Below are positions 1-9,923 of a stretch of 64,000 nt of DNA, in pieces. The stretch comes from a bacterium (lineage in GTDB: Bacteria > UBA10199 > 2-02-FULL-50-16 > JAJFLM01). Location of the stretch: contig CBDCFN010000016.1 of assembly GCA_965216315.1 (NCBI GenBank), forward strand, positions 768,001-832,000, in the 5' to 3' direction. The notes beneath the pieces are model-generated. The model was not told the origin of the DNA. It searched no databases and saw only the letters and a list, made by a program, of their open reading frames with translations. The translations under genes and the position numbers were made by a program. Positions within the stretch are counted from its first letter, which is position 1; each line of letters begins with the position of its first letter.

Positions 1-99
1 CGTCGATACCATGAAAAAAATGATCAAGAGAAAAACGACATCGATCAACGGCGCAAGAGGGGGGCGCATATCTTCATCGAAAGAGTTAAGGAAGCGCAT
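1..99 (-). CDS. exbD: Biopolymer transporter ExbD/TolR, N-terminal part (runs off the window)
   Basis: Manual translation MRFLNSFDEDMRPPLAPLIDVVFLLIIFFMVST contains the PLIDVVFLLxIFFM signature; start overlaps the exbB stop. Confidence 0.9.
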   Translation of the reverse strand, partial: MRFLNSFDEDMRPPLAPLIDVVFLLIIFFMVST

Positions 100-820
100 T
101 GTTTGATCCGGGATTCCATTGTTCGATTAATTCAAAGACGATTGATTCCATTTCATAAGAGAGGCGCTCTGCACGACCTTTAAAGTAATGATAGGTCGCA
201 AGGGCAGGGATGCCTACGAGTAAACCGGCAGCCGTTGTAATAAGGGCTTCGGTGATGCCCGCGGCGACAAGACTGGGGTTGCCCGTACCGTACTGAGAAA
301 TCATGAAGAAGGCCTTGATCATTCCGATAACCGTGCCAAGTAGGCCGAGCATCGGTGCGATTCCGGCTATAGCACCGAGTGCGCGAAGATTGATCGTAAG
401 GGCAGTACTTTCATGTTGTCCGACTGCCTCAAGGGCACGTTCACGCACCGGGATTCCTTGCTGGGCTTTTCGAAGGCCGGTCGCAAGGATGCCGGCGAGT
501 GGAGTCTTGAAATGAGCGCATAATTCGAGCGCTTGACCATATTTCTCATTCATAGAAAGAAAACGGATTTGTTCGACCAAGTCAGAGGGAATAATCCGAC
601 GTCGACGCAAAGAGTAAAAACGCTCCAATGTGATCGCAAGCCCGATGATCGAACAGAGAAAAATAGGGTACATAATCGGTCCGCCTTTGCGGAACCAGCC
701 CCATGCCTGATTGTTCATAATGGATCGGGCCTCGAAGGCAAACGTGACGTTGGTTTCCCAAGCCAAAGCTCCAGTGAGGAGGAAAATAAAGAGAAGAATC
801 AGAGTGATCGCTTTCTTCAT
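86..820 (-). CDS. exbB: MotA/TolQ/ExbB proton channel protein
   Basis: APMLGLLGTVIGMIKAF and GITEALITTAAGL motifs; start placed at MKKAITL (ORF is open to 880). Confidence 0.9.
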   Translation of the reverse strand: MKKAITLILLFIFLLTGALAWETNVTFAFEARSIMNNQAWGWFRKGGPIMYPIFLCSIIGLAITLERFYSLRRRRIIPSDLVEQIRFLSMNEKYGQALELCAHFKTPLAGILATGLRKAQQGIPVRERALEAVGQHESTALTINLRALGAIAGIAPMLGLLGTVIGMIKAFFMISQYGTGNPSLVAAGITEALITTAAGLLVGIPALATYHYFKGRAERLSYEMESIVFELIEQWNPGSNNALP

Positions 821-889
821 GATTGCTTGCCGCGCAGTATAGATGTCTTGGCTGGACTTTCCAAATATAATCCGCATCACGGAGACGGT

Positions 890-2563
890 TTATTCATTGC
901 TCGTCTGAGGCGAAGTCACCAAGGCGCTCTCAAACAATGCCTCTTGTTCGGGTTCCAATAAAAACCCTCTCAATGCCGTGACAAAGGCCTTATTCGCGGA
1001 GAACAGGACCCGATTAAAGTTTAAAATGGTAGAGAGGTCAATGTCTATGATTTTTGTCCGTGGACTTTCCGAATAGATTTCATTTAATAATTCATCGTGG
1101 AAGTGCTGGGCGTTTTTCATGAGTTCCAAGAGACTTTCAAAATAAATTTGTTCGTGTTCATCACTTAGCAGTTCTATTGTTTGTTCGTAGAACGATTCGA
1201 TGAAAGAACGCATGCGCTGATAGATTTTTCTCAAGGGTTCTTGTGTCGATTCGCGAAATCGCTTGATGTCATGTTGAATGTCTTTCATGCATTTAGCGGA
1301 ATGAACGGCATTGCGGACAGCTAAATTGATTTGCCGAAGCCTTTTTGATTCATTTTCGTCTATCTCGCAGCTAGCGACTTTTGCCGTATATAAGAGGATA
1401 TCTCCCTCCAGTTCCTTTAATTGCTCATACATATCTAGAATATTTTTTTTGCGCCGATAACAGACTTTTACCGCTATATTGCTTAAATCGAATGAATGAA
1501 GATTGTGAGCCATAACCCGATTCAATAGGCTCGCCTCTTCATTTTTGAGGGCCTCGAGGGCGGCATCGGTCACTTGTGGATCGACTTTCGAGATAAACGG
1601 AGAGATGAAGGCCTCTTCTTTCTTGAAACGCTTTTCCAGCTGAATTGAGAAGGGTCTAGTGAGTGGAAGAAAAATGAATACGCCTATGAGGTTGAAGAGG
1701 CTGTGAAAGAAAACCAGGCTGATCAAGGGGTCTTGAATACTTAGGATGTCAGTCGCTAAATGCAATAAGGGTCGAAGGAGTGCAAAGGCAATGACTGAGC
1801 TGACGAGATTAAAGGTAACGTGTGCTGCGGCCACGCGCTTTTTGTCCGGTTTGCCTTTGAGACTTCCGATCACGACGGTGATAGTCGTGCCTAAATTCGC
1901 CCCAATGACAACGGATGCAGCGGATTCTAAATCGATGATTCCGGCGTAAAGTGCGCTGATAGCGATCATCACCGTAGCGGAACTTGATTGAATGACAGCC
2001 GTCAGAAGAATGCCTCCGACAAGGAATATCAGTAAAGGCTGTTGGGAGAGTGCTTGAATGTCAACTTGTTGTGCCAGCGTTTCCGTGCTGGCTTTCATGT
2101 AGACGAGGCCTAAGAGCAGAAAACCGATTCCGGCGACGAGGCGACTGACCGAGTGAAGGCGGACATGCTTTTGTAAGGTAAGGAGTCCCAAGCATCCAAG
2201 GCCTAGCAGCGGAAAGGCCAGCTGTTTCAGGTTGATCTTGAAGCCGATCGTCGCGACGATCCAGCCGGTAAAGGTCGTCCCCAGATTGGAGCCAAAAATG
2301 ATGCCGAGGGCATTGTATGTCTTCAGAATGCCGGCACCGACGAAGGCGAGAACAATAAGAGAGACTAATGAGCTACTCTGAAAGAGGGCGGTCGAAATCG
2401 TCCCGACAAAGGCTGATTTAATGGGATTTTGCGTGTGATGACGTAGAAATAGTTTAAGGGTGCGACTGCCCAGCTCTTGGAGGGCTGTCTCCATTTGGAG
2501 CATGCTGAACAAGAAAATGCCCAGTCCAGCAAACAACTGCCACAAATCGAAGGCGCCCGGCAC
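890..2563 (-). CDS. Na/Pi cotransporter family protein
   Basis: Duplicated QSSS...G(S/A)NLGTT motifs and a soluble PhoU-like C-terminus. Confidence 0.9.
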   Translation of the reverse strand: MPGAFDLWQLFAGLGIFLFSMLQMETALQELGSRTLKLFLRHHTQNPIKSAFVGTISTALFQSSSLVSLIVLAFVGAGILKTYNALGIIFGSNLGTTFTGWIVATIGFKINLKQLAFPLLGLGCLGLLTLQKHVRLHSVSRLVAGIGFLLLGLVYMKASTETLAQQVDIQALSQQPLLIFLVGGILLTAVIQSSSATVMIAISALYAGIIDLESAASVVIGANLGTTITVVIGSLKGKPDKKRVAAAHVTFNLVSSVIAFALLRPLLHLATDILSIQDPLISLVFFHSLFNLIGVFIFLPLTRPFSIQLEKRFKKEEAFISPFISKVDPQVTDAALEALKNEEASLLNRVMAHNLHSFDLSNIAVKVCYRRKKNILDMYEQLKELEGDILLYTAKVASCEIDENESKRLRQINLAVRNAVHSAKCMKDIQHDIKRFRESTQEPLRKIYQRMRSFIESFYEQTIELLSDEHEQIYFESLLELMKNAQHFHDELLNEIYSESPRTKIIDIDLSTILNFNRVLFSANKAFVTALRGFLLEPEQEALFESALVTSPQTSNE

Positions 2564-2651
2564 AATCGAAATAAACAGGAAGATCAGGTCCTTGTCAAAT
2601 GTCGCCGTCCCGAGCTTGACCCAGGCTTCCTTTGAGGATATTTAGTTGTTC

Positions 2652-3248
2652 ATGAATGAAATACTCCCCAACATTTTTACCTGGCCCTACTTCTCCGAAG
2701 AAAAGGGTTTTAATTTCAACGGGCACTATGTCGTTACCGATGCCGGAGCCTTTTTAATCGATCCGGTGTTGCCGACCGATGAAGTATGGCAGGCGATTGA
2801 AAGCCGTGCAGTTCCGAGTGCCATTTATCTCACGAACAAAGACCATACCCGCAAGGCGATGGATTTTAAGGAGCGGTTTAATTGCCCGATATGGATCCAT
2901 GAGGCCGATAAGGATTTAGTGGATCTGCCGATGGATCAAACTTTCGGCGATGGCCAGGTTCTCGCGGGTGGCTTTCGCGTCATTCAATTGGCGGATTCAA
3001 AGTCACCAGGTGAGTCAGCTTTCTTATTAGAGCGCGACGGTGGCATTCTTATTGTCGGCGATGCCATGATAGGCAATCCACCTGGAGAATTAAATCTACT
3101 CCCACCGGCAAAGATTCCGGTGCCCGAAAAGGCGAAAGAGGGGCTTCGTAAGCTATTGGCTTTTGAGTTTGATGCGCTTTTGCTTGGCGATGGCCAGTCC
3201 TTTCCCAAGGGCGGGCGCCAAGCCGTCGAATCCTTTCTTGCTACGTAA
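2652..3248 (+). CDS. MBL-fold metallo-hydrolase-like protein
   Basis: LIDP, degenerate metal motif LTNKDHTR, WIHEAD, GDA. Confidence 0.75.
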   Translation: MNEILPNIFTWPYFSEEKGFNFNGHYVVTDAGAFLIDPVLPTDEVWQAIESRAVPSAIYLTNKDHTRKAMDFKERFNCPIWIHEADKDLVDLPMDQTFGDGQVLAGGFRVIQLADSKSPGESAFLLERDGGILIVGDAMIGNPPGELNLLPPAKIPVPEKAKEGLRKLLAFEFDALLLGDGQSFPKGGRQAVESFLAT

Positions 3249-3263
3249 TCCAGTGAGCAATTT

Positions 3264-4007
3264 TTATTTTGGTTCGTAGGCGCGGAGATCGAGCGAGATC
3301 TCCGCTGTATCCGAAATCTTCAGCCCCACGACACTGAGGGCCTTGGCAAGAAAAGTTCCGGTGGCATCACGTGGTTTGACGTCATGTTCTTTCAGGGACA
3401 CCAGCATAGGAGAAAGGGTGCGAATAAAGGCGAGCCGCTTGGCCTCTTTATATCGCTTGCCGCTTTTATTGACATCGTAGATAACGACGTTGAGTTGGAC
3501 CGTCTTGGGTTTGGTGATTCCATGAACGGTCAGGTCGCCGACCGCCGTGATTTGGAAGCTTTTGGCCGTGCCGATTTCATCCTTATGCGCCGGAGCGGTC
3601 TCAACGCTCTTTGGTGAAACGGCCTCAATGCTTTTGATCTCAAATGTCGCCCATTGAAACTTTTTTCGCGTCTCTTCGCTGACATTAGGTCCGATTTCAA
3701 ACCAGTTTTTCATATGTTCGGTTTGTTTGTTATTTTTACCGGAGTCGCCGAAGGTGAGGGCCTGAATCGCGGAAAGGTCAATCTTGATGGTCCCGCGTGT
3801 CTTGCTGAGATCGGCCAGATCAATCGATAAGTTGCCGGCAATGCGATCATCCTGAAAGCGCGTCGTTTCGATAGGTGCCGGGATCTCACCTCGCATCATA
3901 TTGAGTGCGATGCTGTTATCGAATTTGAAATTAGCTGTCGCGGCAAAGGCACTTGCCGGAACCATTAAAATAAGTGCAACAAGTGCTTTTAATTTCATTC
4001 GAGTCAT
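3264..4007 (-). CDS. YceI-like exported ligand-binding protein
   Basis: Signal peptide (ASAFA) and GDLTVHGITKP motif; start overlaps the upstream stop. Confidence 0.75.
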   Translation of the reverse strand: MTRMKLKALVALILMVPASAFAATANFKFDNSIALNMMRGEIPAPIETTRFQDDRIAGNLSIDLADLSKTRGTIKIDLSAIQALTFGDSGKNNKQTEHMKNWFEIGPNVSEETRKKFQWATFEIKSIEAVSPKSVETAPAHKDEIGTAKSFQITAVGDLTVHGITKPKTVQLNVVIYDVNKSGKRYKEAKRLAFIRTLSPMLVSLKEHDVKPRDATGTFLAKALSVVGLKISDTAEISLDLRAYEPK

Positions 4008-4852
4008 GTCGAACTCCTTCCCGACAGGGTCATTCCAATAACGATTCCTTTTTGTAGCAAAGTCTCAATCATTTGAATAGCTTCTTTGAAGAAATTTTGT
4101 TGCTCCTCAGCTGGAATATTATTGTGAGTTGCTAGTTCGCTCAATAGGTCGTGCAAGGTTGATGTTCCCGGAATCACTAGTTTGATGAGCTCTGCTAGTT
4201 GAGGATTTGCTTCTATGCAATGCGCCTGCAAAGTCTTGGGATGGCGGTAAACAATTAATGGATAGTGTCCCTTGGTAAGCTGGTTTAGTTGTGTCTGGTC
4301 GGACCCAATTTGATGAACCGGCCAAGTATATGTCCGTAGTTCCAAGAGTGGATTCAAGACAGGGACTAATGACGCTGCGTCTGCAGACGCAGTCGTTACC
4401 CATTCTTTATCCATTGAGATGTCGGGGGCGAAAATGAGTTTCATGTCGAGTTGTTCGTACTCGCCTAATTCCTGAAGAAAAGGAAATTTGCCGAGGAGGC
4501 TACCCTGATAGTCCTTCAGGTAATCGCCAAAGGCGAAAATTACATCCCGTGAGACGGGGGAGCGATTGTATCCGGCGAGAAAGAACTCATTCATCATCTC
4601 GGCCCATTCTTCTTCAGTCAGGATGGAGCGAAGGACTGGAAAACCTAAGTCCAGCCAGTCGAAAAGGCCGATTGATATGTGGCGCCGATAGGTGGCAAAT
4701 CTCTCATGATTATATCGAGCGAGAAAGTCGCGATCGCTTTGCTTCGCAAAATACCGTGCAAGAATTTCGTCGCGATCTTTGTCCATTTCGGCCAGAGTTT
4801 TAGGATTAGACATCAGATCGAAGAAAAATTTTTGACTCTCAGCTAGCGACAT
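4004..4852 (-). CDS. DUF2063-type MNIO partner protein (HvfC/BufC-like)
   Basis: RFATYR...FPVLRSILTEEEW...F, PFLQELGEYE and YTWPVHQI motifs; directly downstream of DUF692. Confidence 0.85.
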   Translation of the reverse strand: MSLAESQKFFFDLMSNPKTLAEMDKDRDEILARYFAKQSDRDFLARYNHERFATYRRHISIGLFDWLDLGFPVLRSILTEEEWAEMMNEFFLAGYNRSPVSRDVIFAFGDYLKDYQGSLLGKFPFLQELGEYEQLDMKLIFAPDISMDKEWVTTASADAASLVPVLNPLLELRTYTWPVHQIGSDQTQLNQLTKGHYPLIVYRHPKTLQAHCIEANPQLAELIKLVIPGTSTLHDLLSELATHNNIPAEEQQNFFKEAIQMIETLLQKGIVIGMTLSGRSST

Positions 4853-5696
4853 GTTGCTCCTTTATACGCCACTTAGCGACGAGATCATTGAGTCGCCGTA
4901 ATTCCGACACGAGTTCCGGAAGAGGGGGGATATTATAATCCCGCTCGATCATGATTGAATGGATGGGTGCCAATTGCATCAGCGTTTGAGTGAGTTTCCA
5001 TACCGGATCGGCGATGGTTTCGCCATGGGTATCGAGAACGAAATCATCAGCTTTGCGGAAATGGCCGGCCGTATGCACATAGCCAATTTTATCAAGTGGC
5101 AGCGCTTGTAAGTGTGCAACGGGGTCGAATCCATGATTGACTGAATTGACATAGACATTGTTGATATCCAGTAAAAACCACGCGCCAGATTCTTCAATGA
5201 CGGCACGGATAAAATCCGCTTCAGACATTTCGGGGGCTCCGGCTGGGACGTAGTAAGACACGTTTTCTACGCCAAATGGAATTTCTAAGATGTCCTGTAC
5301 TTCTCGAATGCGCTTGGCAATATGTCGAACCGCTTCCTCGGTAAAGGGGAGCGGGACCAAGTCATTGAGGTAAATGTTTTGATAAGAAGAAAAACTTATG
5401 TGGTCACTGGCGAGGGGGATATTGTGTTGCCGAATGAATTTTCTGAGTCGTTTAAGATAGTCTCTATTGAGCGGGTCAAGACTGCCAAGGGAGAGGGCAA
5501 TGCTATGGAGTGTTATGGGCCGGATTTCGCGAAGTGCACAAAAATCCCGATAAACCCAGCCGCCGATATCAATGTAGTTCTCAGGCGCAACTTCAAACCA
5601 CTCAATTTCTTCAGGGACCGACCTAAGAAGGGCGCCAAAGTGCGCCCTCCTTAGACCGAGTCCGGTTCCGAGGCTAGAGATATTCGTAGAACTCAC
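4839..5696 (-). CDS. DUF692 multinuclear non-heme iron oxidative enzyme (MNIO; HvfB/BufB-like)
   Basis: GLGLRR, EVAPENY, SDH, DLVPLP, ENVSYY, LLDINNVYVN, HTAGH, DTH, ERD; GTG start placed immediately after the precursor stop. Confidence 0.95.
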   Translation of the reverse strand: MSSTNISSLGTGLGLRRAHFGALLRSVPEEIEWFEVAPENYIDIGGWVYRDFCALREIRPITLHSIALSLGSLDPLNRDYLKRLRKFIRQHNIPLASDHISFSSYQNIYLNDLVPLPFTEEAVRHIAKRIREVQDILEIPFGVENVSYYVPAGAPEMSEADFIRAVIEESGAWFLLDINNVYVNSVNHGFDPVAHLQALPLDKIGYVHTAGHFRKADDFVLDTHGETIADPVWKLTQTLMQLAPIHSIMIERDYNIPPLPELVSELRRLNDLVAKWRIKEQHVAS

Positions 5697-5697
5697 T

Positions 5698-5973
5698 TCA
5701 CTTCTTTTCTTTATCCTTTTTGTCGCCACAGCTACCTTCTCCACAGGAACCCTCACCGCAGGAGCCTTCGCCGCAATTACCTTCTTTATCCTTTTTGTCT
5801 TTGTCGTCAGTTCCACTGAGAGAGAAATGATAACCGGATTGGACATCGTTTAGTTGGAAGTATTTCCCGTTTGCGGTAGAGGCACTCGTGGCGGCTGATG
5901 CCGTTCCACTCATGAGCAGTCCAATAACTGCGCCGCCGATAATAAGACCTGTTTCTTTGGTTGATTTTGCCAT
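5698..5973 (-). CDS. RiPP precursor, HvfA/oxazolin-like, with four EG[N/S]CG repeats
   Basis: Sec-type signal (..GTASA), FQLNDVQSGY segment, EGNCG-EGSCG-EGSCG-EGSCG; AGGAG/GAGGG RBS-like sequence upstream; first gene of the DUF692 operon. Confidence 0.9.
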   Translation of the reverse strand: MAKSTKETGLIIGGAVIGLLMSGTASAATSASTANGKYFQLNDVQSGYHFSLSGTDDKDKKDKEGNCGEGSCGEGSCGEGSCGDKKDKEKK

Positions 5974-6133
5974 TGCCCTCTATCTCCTTGATTTGTGGTT
6001 CTTAGAATGAGGTCGCTTTCTGCAACCGACAGTGTGATAGATGTCCGTATGAGCGAAACGTCTTAACAAAATGAAGAGAATTGGGCTAAATGTGGAAATA
6101 GCCGTAACTAGCTAAAATATAATAGAAAATAGC

Positions 6134-8476
6134 TTAAATTTTAGTGCCAGCGACGGGACGGGGGAGGGATAGTTTAGGGAGCCCCAATACTTTCCTCAGT
6201 CGAGGTATCATGGCTTCGAGCCGGCTACTGGTCCGCTGATGCTTGTCTAAGACGGCGTGGAATTCATAAATAAATTCATCGGTAGAATGGAGTTCTTGCT
6301 GTAACATATTGAGCACATCGGCGATCCAGAATAAGGCCCTATAGTGAATGAAGAGGGTATCGGGATCGAGTTGATGAATCGTTTGCTTGTCAAGATGGCG
6401 GCAGTATCGACTGGCGGCGCTCATCCATTCATTGAGTTGCTTACGTAAAAAGTCCGCATATTGTTTCGGTGTATCCGGTGGCTTGGATAGGCCGTTCGCC
6501 TGAGTGCGAAGTTGGCGTAACGTATTCAGTGAGAGCCCATTCCAGCTCGGAGGATAGGCCCTGGGAATATTGGCCGCCTTATCCACGAAAACTGGATAAC
6601 GAGGCTTGATTGCGTTAAGAGCGCGAACTCCTTCAATTAGATCAGGGAGATGATGACGGGTGACAGTATTGAGGCGTTGCCAAAAAAGGCGCCCTAATTC
6701 GGTGCCCTGATGGTGTTCGTTCATCATGGCGCGCAATATGTCGCACACATAAAAGAGTTCCTCTTCGAGGCTTTCAATGTCTTCACTCGTATAGGAATCA
6801 AGTTGGTTCTTTTTATGTTTTTCTAGGTAGAGCATAATGCCAAAAAGCCAGTTGCCGATTCGGTCTTGAATCCAACGTACGTGTTCTTGGTCGGATAAAA
6901 TGATTTCCGGGAGCAGGTGCTGCTCTCGAAAAAAGTCCAGTAGGACTGATTTTGTTTTAGCGTGAAGTTTGTCCCACTCAGGCGGATAAGAGGCCTTTAG
7001 TAACTTTGTCCAGCCTGGATATTCCGGATGCAGCCAAAAACGCACGCGATACTTCTTCTTCTTTTCTTCGCCGTGATATTTAAGAAAGGCCTCGCCGGCA
7101 TGGAGGCCATTGTCGAGCCGAAAATCAACGAGCTCCCAGGCATACCGGATGCGCCGGATTCGACTCAACTCACCCGGAGATAAACGGTGAGCTTTCTCTT
7201 GTAGATACTCAATAAAACGGATGAGCATAGTGTCCCGCGTGATCGTGTCGGCAAAGTCAAAGCCGAAACGGGGCCATATATGGGCCCCCGTATCACTGGC
7301 GCCAAATTCAAGGATGTCGACACCTAGGTGATAGAACAGCGCCATGAATCGTTGCGTCACTTCACGTCCTATACCTTTACCCTGCAACTCCGGATTGGGA
7401 ATTTGAAATCCGTCACCGTAAGCAATCCACGGCTTTCCGGGTTTAGGTGGTGCCGGCAGACAACGACTGAATATGCCGATTTCCTCTCCCGCAGTATTTT
7501 CTATTCTGCCGGTAAAGCGGAGCCCGTCTTCGGGGTAGGGCGAAAGAGTTAATCGGCTGACACGAAAACCGTCGATATCGATATGGCAGGCAGCGTTTAA
7601 GTCTTGCATGGTGATGGATTGGCCGTAACGTTGGGCTGTAAGGCGCTGTAGTTCATTCGGTTGCAAGACTTGCACGGCATCGCGGGCCTGTGGGATCGGC
7701 CGATAGTCTAATGTGAAAATAGGCTCCGGATCGGGGCTGCGACGGAGTCGCTCGAGGGTTCGGTTGATTTCGTTGGCGCCGGCGCGAGCGACGAGCCATT
7801 GAACAGTATTGTCCGTGACTTCACGTGGGTTGTTTGGCTCGGGCAACGAGGGGACTAAATGCTTTGGAATGGGCCCATATCGGACATAGTAACCCTGGCT
7901 GATTAGCCTGCTTGCAATGCGATCTGTTTCGCTGCGTTGAGGAATAAACTGATGCTGCTCTTCACTTCGGCCTGGCCGATCGAGCTGGAACGACCACTTT
8001 TGGAGGAGTTCATGGGCCTGTGGTCCGCGTTGCCAGAGACTGTGGAGAATAGGTCCGAATTGGGTGATCAGATTAGGAGTTCTTTTTAAGGCGAAAAAAG
8101 TATGGGGCCCGGCATCAACGCGGCGCTGCGGACTGATCGTATTAGAAACTTCGTCGTCAGAGACCAAAAACGACACATTTTCTAGCGCTATTTCAAGTTG
8201 TTCACGGTGCTCATGTAATGACGCAATCATTTCTGGCGCTATGTGACTCAGGCTTTCATCGCTCAGGAGATCTATTTCTGCAGCGATGGCATATTGTAGA
8301 TCACTCAGCCCGGCGGAAGTCGCCGCATCAGCAAGTGACGTGAGAGAGATGTACCGATCCAGTTTATGGATGCTGCCGAGGTCGGCGACCATCAGGTCAA
8401 AATTCATCGCGCCGCTCGCGAGCAGGGAGCTGGTCCCGGTTTGCAAACCCAGGCTGAGAGTGTTGAGAGTGAGCAT
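6134..8476 (-). CDS. Orphan protein with GNAT-like core and two C-terminal PPxWxxL helical repeats (array member 1)
   Basis: 780 aa; LQGKGIG...GAHIWPRFGFDF; aligns by eye with 8573..9865 and 10846..12465. Confidence 0.7.
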   Translation of the reverse strand: MLTLNTLSLGLQTGTSSLLASGAMNFDLMVADLGSIHKLDRYISLTSLADAATSAGLSDLQYAIAAEIDLLSDESLSHIAPEMIASLHEHREQLEIALENVSFLVSDDEVSNTISPQRRVDAGPHTFFALKRTPNLITQFGPILHSLWQRGPQAHELLQKWSFQLDRPGRSEEQHQFIPQRSETDRIASRLISQGYYVRYGPIPKHLVPSLPEPNNPREVTDNTVQWLVARAGANEINRTLERLRRSPDPEPIFTLDYRPIPQARDAVQVLQPNELQRLTAQRYGQSITMQDLNAACHIDIDGFRVSRLTLSPYPEDGLRFTGRIENTAGEEIGIFSRCLPAPPKPGKPWIAYGDGFQIPNPELQGKGIGREVTQRFMALFYHLGVDILEFGASDTGAHIWPRFGFDFADTITRDTMLIRFIEYLQEKAHRLSPGELSRIRRIRYAWELVDFRLDNGLHAGEAFLKYHGEEKKKKYRVRFWLHPEYPGWTKLLKASYPPEWDKLHAKTKSVLLDFFREQHLLPEIILSDQEHVRWIQDRIGNWLFGIMLYLEKHKKNQLDSYTSEDIESLEEELFYVCDILRAMMNEHHQGTELGRLFWQRLNTVTRHHLPDLIEGVRALNAIKPRYPVFVDKAANIPRAYPPSWNGLSLNTLRQLRTQANGLSKPPDTPKQYADFLRKQLNEWMSAASRYCRHLDKQTIHQLDPDTLFIHYRALFWIADVLNMLQQELHSTDEFIYEFHAVLDKHQRTSSRLEAMIPRLRKVLGLPKLSLPRPVAGTKI

Positions 8477-8484
8477 TTCATCCC

Positions 8485-8511
8485 TCTTCGGCAGGGGAGA
8501 GAAAAAGTTGC
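8485..8511 (-). promoter_or_regulatory. Shared promoter-like motif GCAAC-N15-CCGAAGA
   Basis: 8 nt upstream of ATG 8476; same spacing as four other copies. Confidence 0.75.
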
Positions 8512-8572
8512 AATTCCGGAATCACCTTTTAGAAATAGCGCATTAAACCCCTGAAACCTAAAGGGATTCGTT

Positions 8573-9865
8573 TTAGGCCGGTGGGGCTGGATTGCGAAAT
8601 AAGGCGCCGAGACGACCACTGTGCGCATAGCGGGCGAGGCTGGCTTCGAGGGCGGTGACCGGGAGTCCTTCCCAGCCCCGAGGGATGAAGAGGTAGTCCC
8701 AGCCCTTAAAACGGCTATCCAGGTGAAAACGCAGATCGTAGGACTCGGCGAGACGTGCGGGGCTGCGGTCGAGCAGGAACTCACGGCCGACCGCGCGATC
8801 GCCGCTCGTGAATTCCGTCAGCTCCCAGGCATGCCGTATGCTAAAGAGTCGCTGCTCGTCGTCCGCTGTCATCGGAATGCCCCGCTCCCGCAAGTGTTCA
8901 GCCAGGCGAATCAACATCACCTCACGCGTCGTCTCATCGGCAAAATCGAAACCCATTCGCGGCCACGCCCAACGCCCGACCTGTTGCGCCGTCAGTGAAA
9001 AATGAGGGTAGTCCAGTTGGTGCAAGAGGCTCAAGTAGCGCTGCGTTGCCCTCCGTCCTATTCCGAGACCGTGATTCTCACTCTTGGTTTGGCGACGGTC
9101 ATCTGCATAATCGAGAGCATAACGGTTGCTGTGGGCGCTACGTGGAAGCTTGTCCGCATCAATGGACATGAAGAAACGATGGAACTCCCCGATGCTTGCT
9201 TCCGTGCTCGAGTCAATGATGCCGGCGAGATCCAGGGAATATTTGCGTAGATAAATACCTAACGATGTCACACTGTATCCGGGGATATCCAGCTGACAGC
9301 CTGCTTGTATTAGATCATAGGGGACGGCGCGACCAAAAAAACGCCAGGCATCTCGTTCGAAACGTGCGGCGTCGAATTTTTCGGGCTTGCCAAGGACTTT
9401 GTATTGGATTGTTTCAATCGGTTCGCAGGTTCGTTGAAGCAAGCTCTGTGTCATCTGTCGCAGGGAAACCTCGGTAAAATGAGATGACGAAGGAGATGCC
9501 GGTTGGGCTTGAGCTTGCCTGAGTCTCGTGGAGACATTTTGATAGCGCTCTAACGGAACACTATCAGTCAAGACAGTTTCCAGTAGAGGGGTCTTGTCTT
9601 CGACAAAGAGGGTGAGTTCTTCGGGATCGGGAAGTCTGGCTTCGACATGGGCGACGATACGGTGGACATGGTCCGCCAAGGCCACGTGGAGGCGACGCAG
9701 ATCGTTGTTGTCATCGATTCCTTCCATCAATGTGATCCCAGCGCGGTACTGATCGATGAGCGAAGCGCTCGCAATCCCATCACGCAGGGGTGTGACGGCC
9801 GAATGAGCAGCGAGGAGGCCCGTGCAATTCAATAGTCCTGTTGAGCTGAGTCCAAAAGTCACCAT
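8573..9865 (-). CDS. Orphan protein with GNAT-like core (array member 2)
   Basis: 430 aa; NHGLGIGRR...VGRWAWPRMGFDFADETTREVMLIRL matches member 1 WPRFGFDFADTITRDTMLIRF. Confidence 0.7.
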   Translation of the reverse strand: MVTFGLSSTGLLNCTGLLAAHSAVTPLRDGIASASLIDQYRAGITLMEGIDDNNDLRRLHVALADHVHRIVAHVEARLPDPEELTLFVEDKTPLLETVLTDSVPLERYQNVSTRLRQAQAQPASPSSSHFTEVSLRQMTQSLLQRTCEPIETIQYKVLGKPEKFDAARFERDAWRFFGRAVPYDLIQAGCQLDIPGYSVTSLGIYLRKYSLDLAGIIDSSTEASIGEFHRFFMSIDADKLPRSAHSNRYALDYADDRRQTKSENHGLGIGRRATQRYLSLLHQLDYPHFSLTAQQVGRWAWPRMGFDFADETTREVMLIRLAEHLRERGIPMTADDEQRLFSIRHAWELTEFTSGDRAVGREFLLDRSPARLAESYDLRFHLDSRFKGWDYLFIPRGWEGLPVTALEASLARYAHSGRLGALFRNPAPPA

Positions 9866-9873
9866 GGAGTGGT

Positions 9874-9900
9874 TTATCGATCATTTATGCGAAAGGTTGT
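9874..9900 (-). promoter_or_regulatory. Shared promoter-like motif ACAAC-N15-TCGATAA
   Basis: 8 nt upstream of ATG 9865. Confidence 0.75.
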
Positions 9901-9923
9901 GGCCTAAACGTGAGATCAAAGTG

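Noticed and set aside
5723..5783. 15-nt periodic repeats as a possible CRISPR or VNTR
   Set aside because: They are coding repeats (EGxCG) with synonymous variation; no spacers or cas genes
5697..5846. 50-aa N-terminal extension of the DUF692 ORF in the ORF track
   Set aside because: It is an alternative frame over the precursor gene; family similarity starts at GLGLRR and a GTG at 5696 fits coupling
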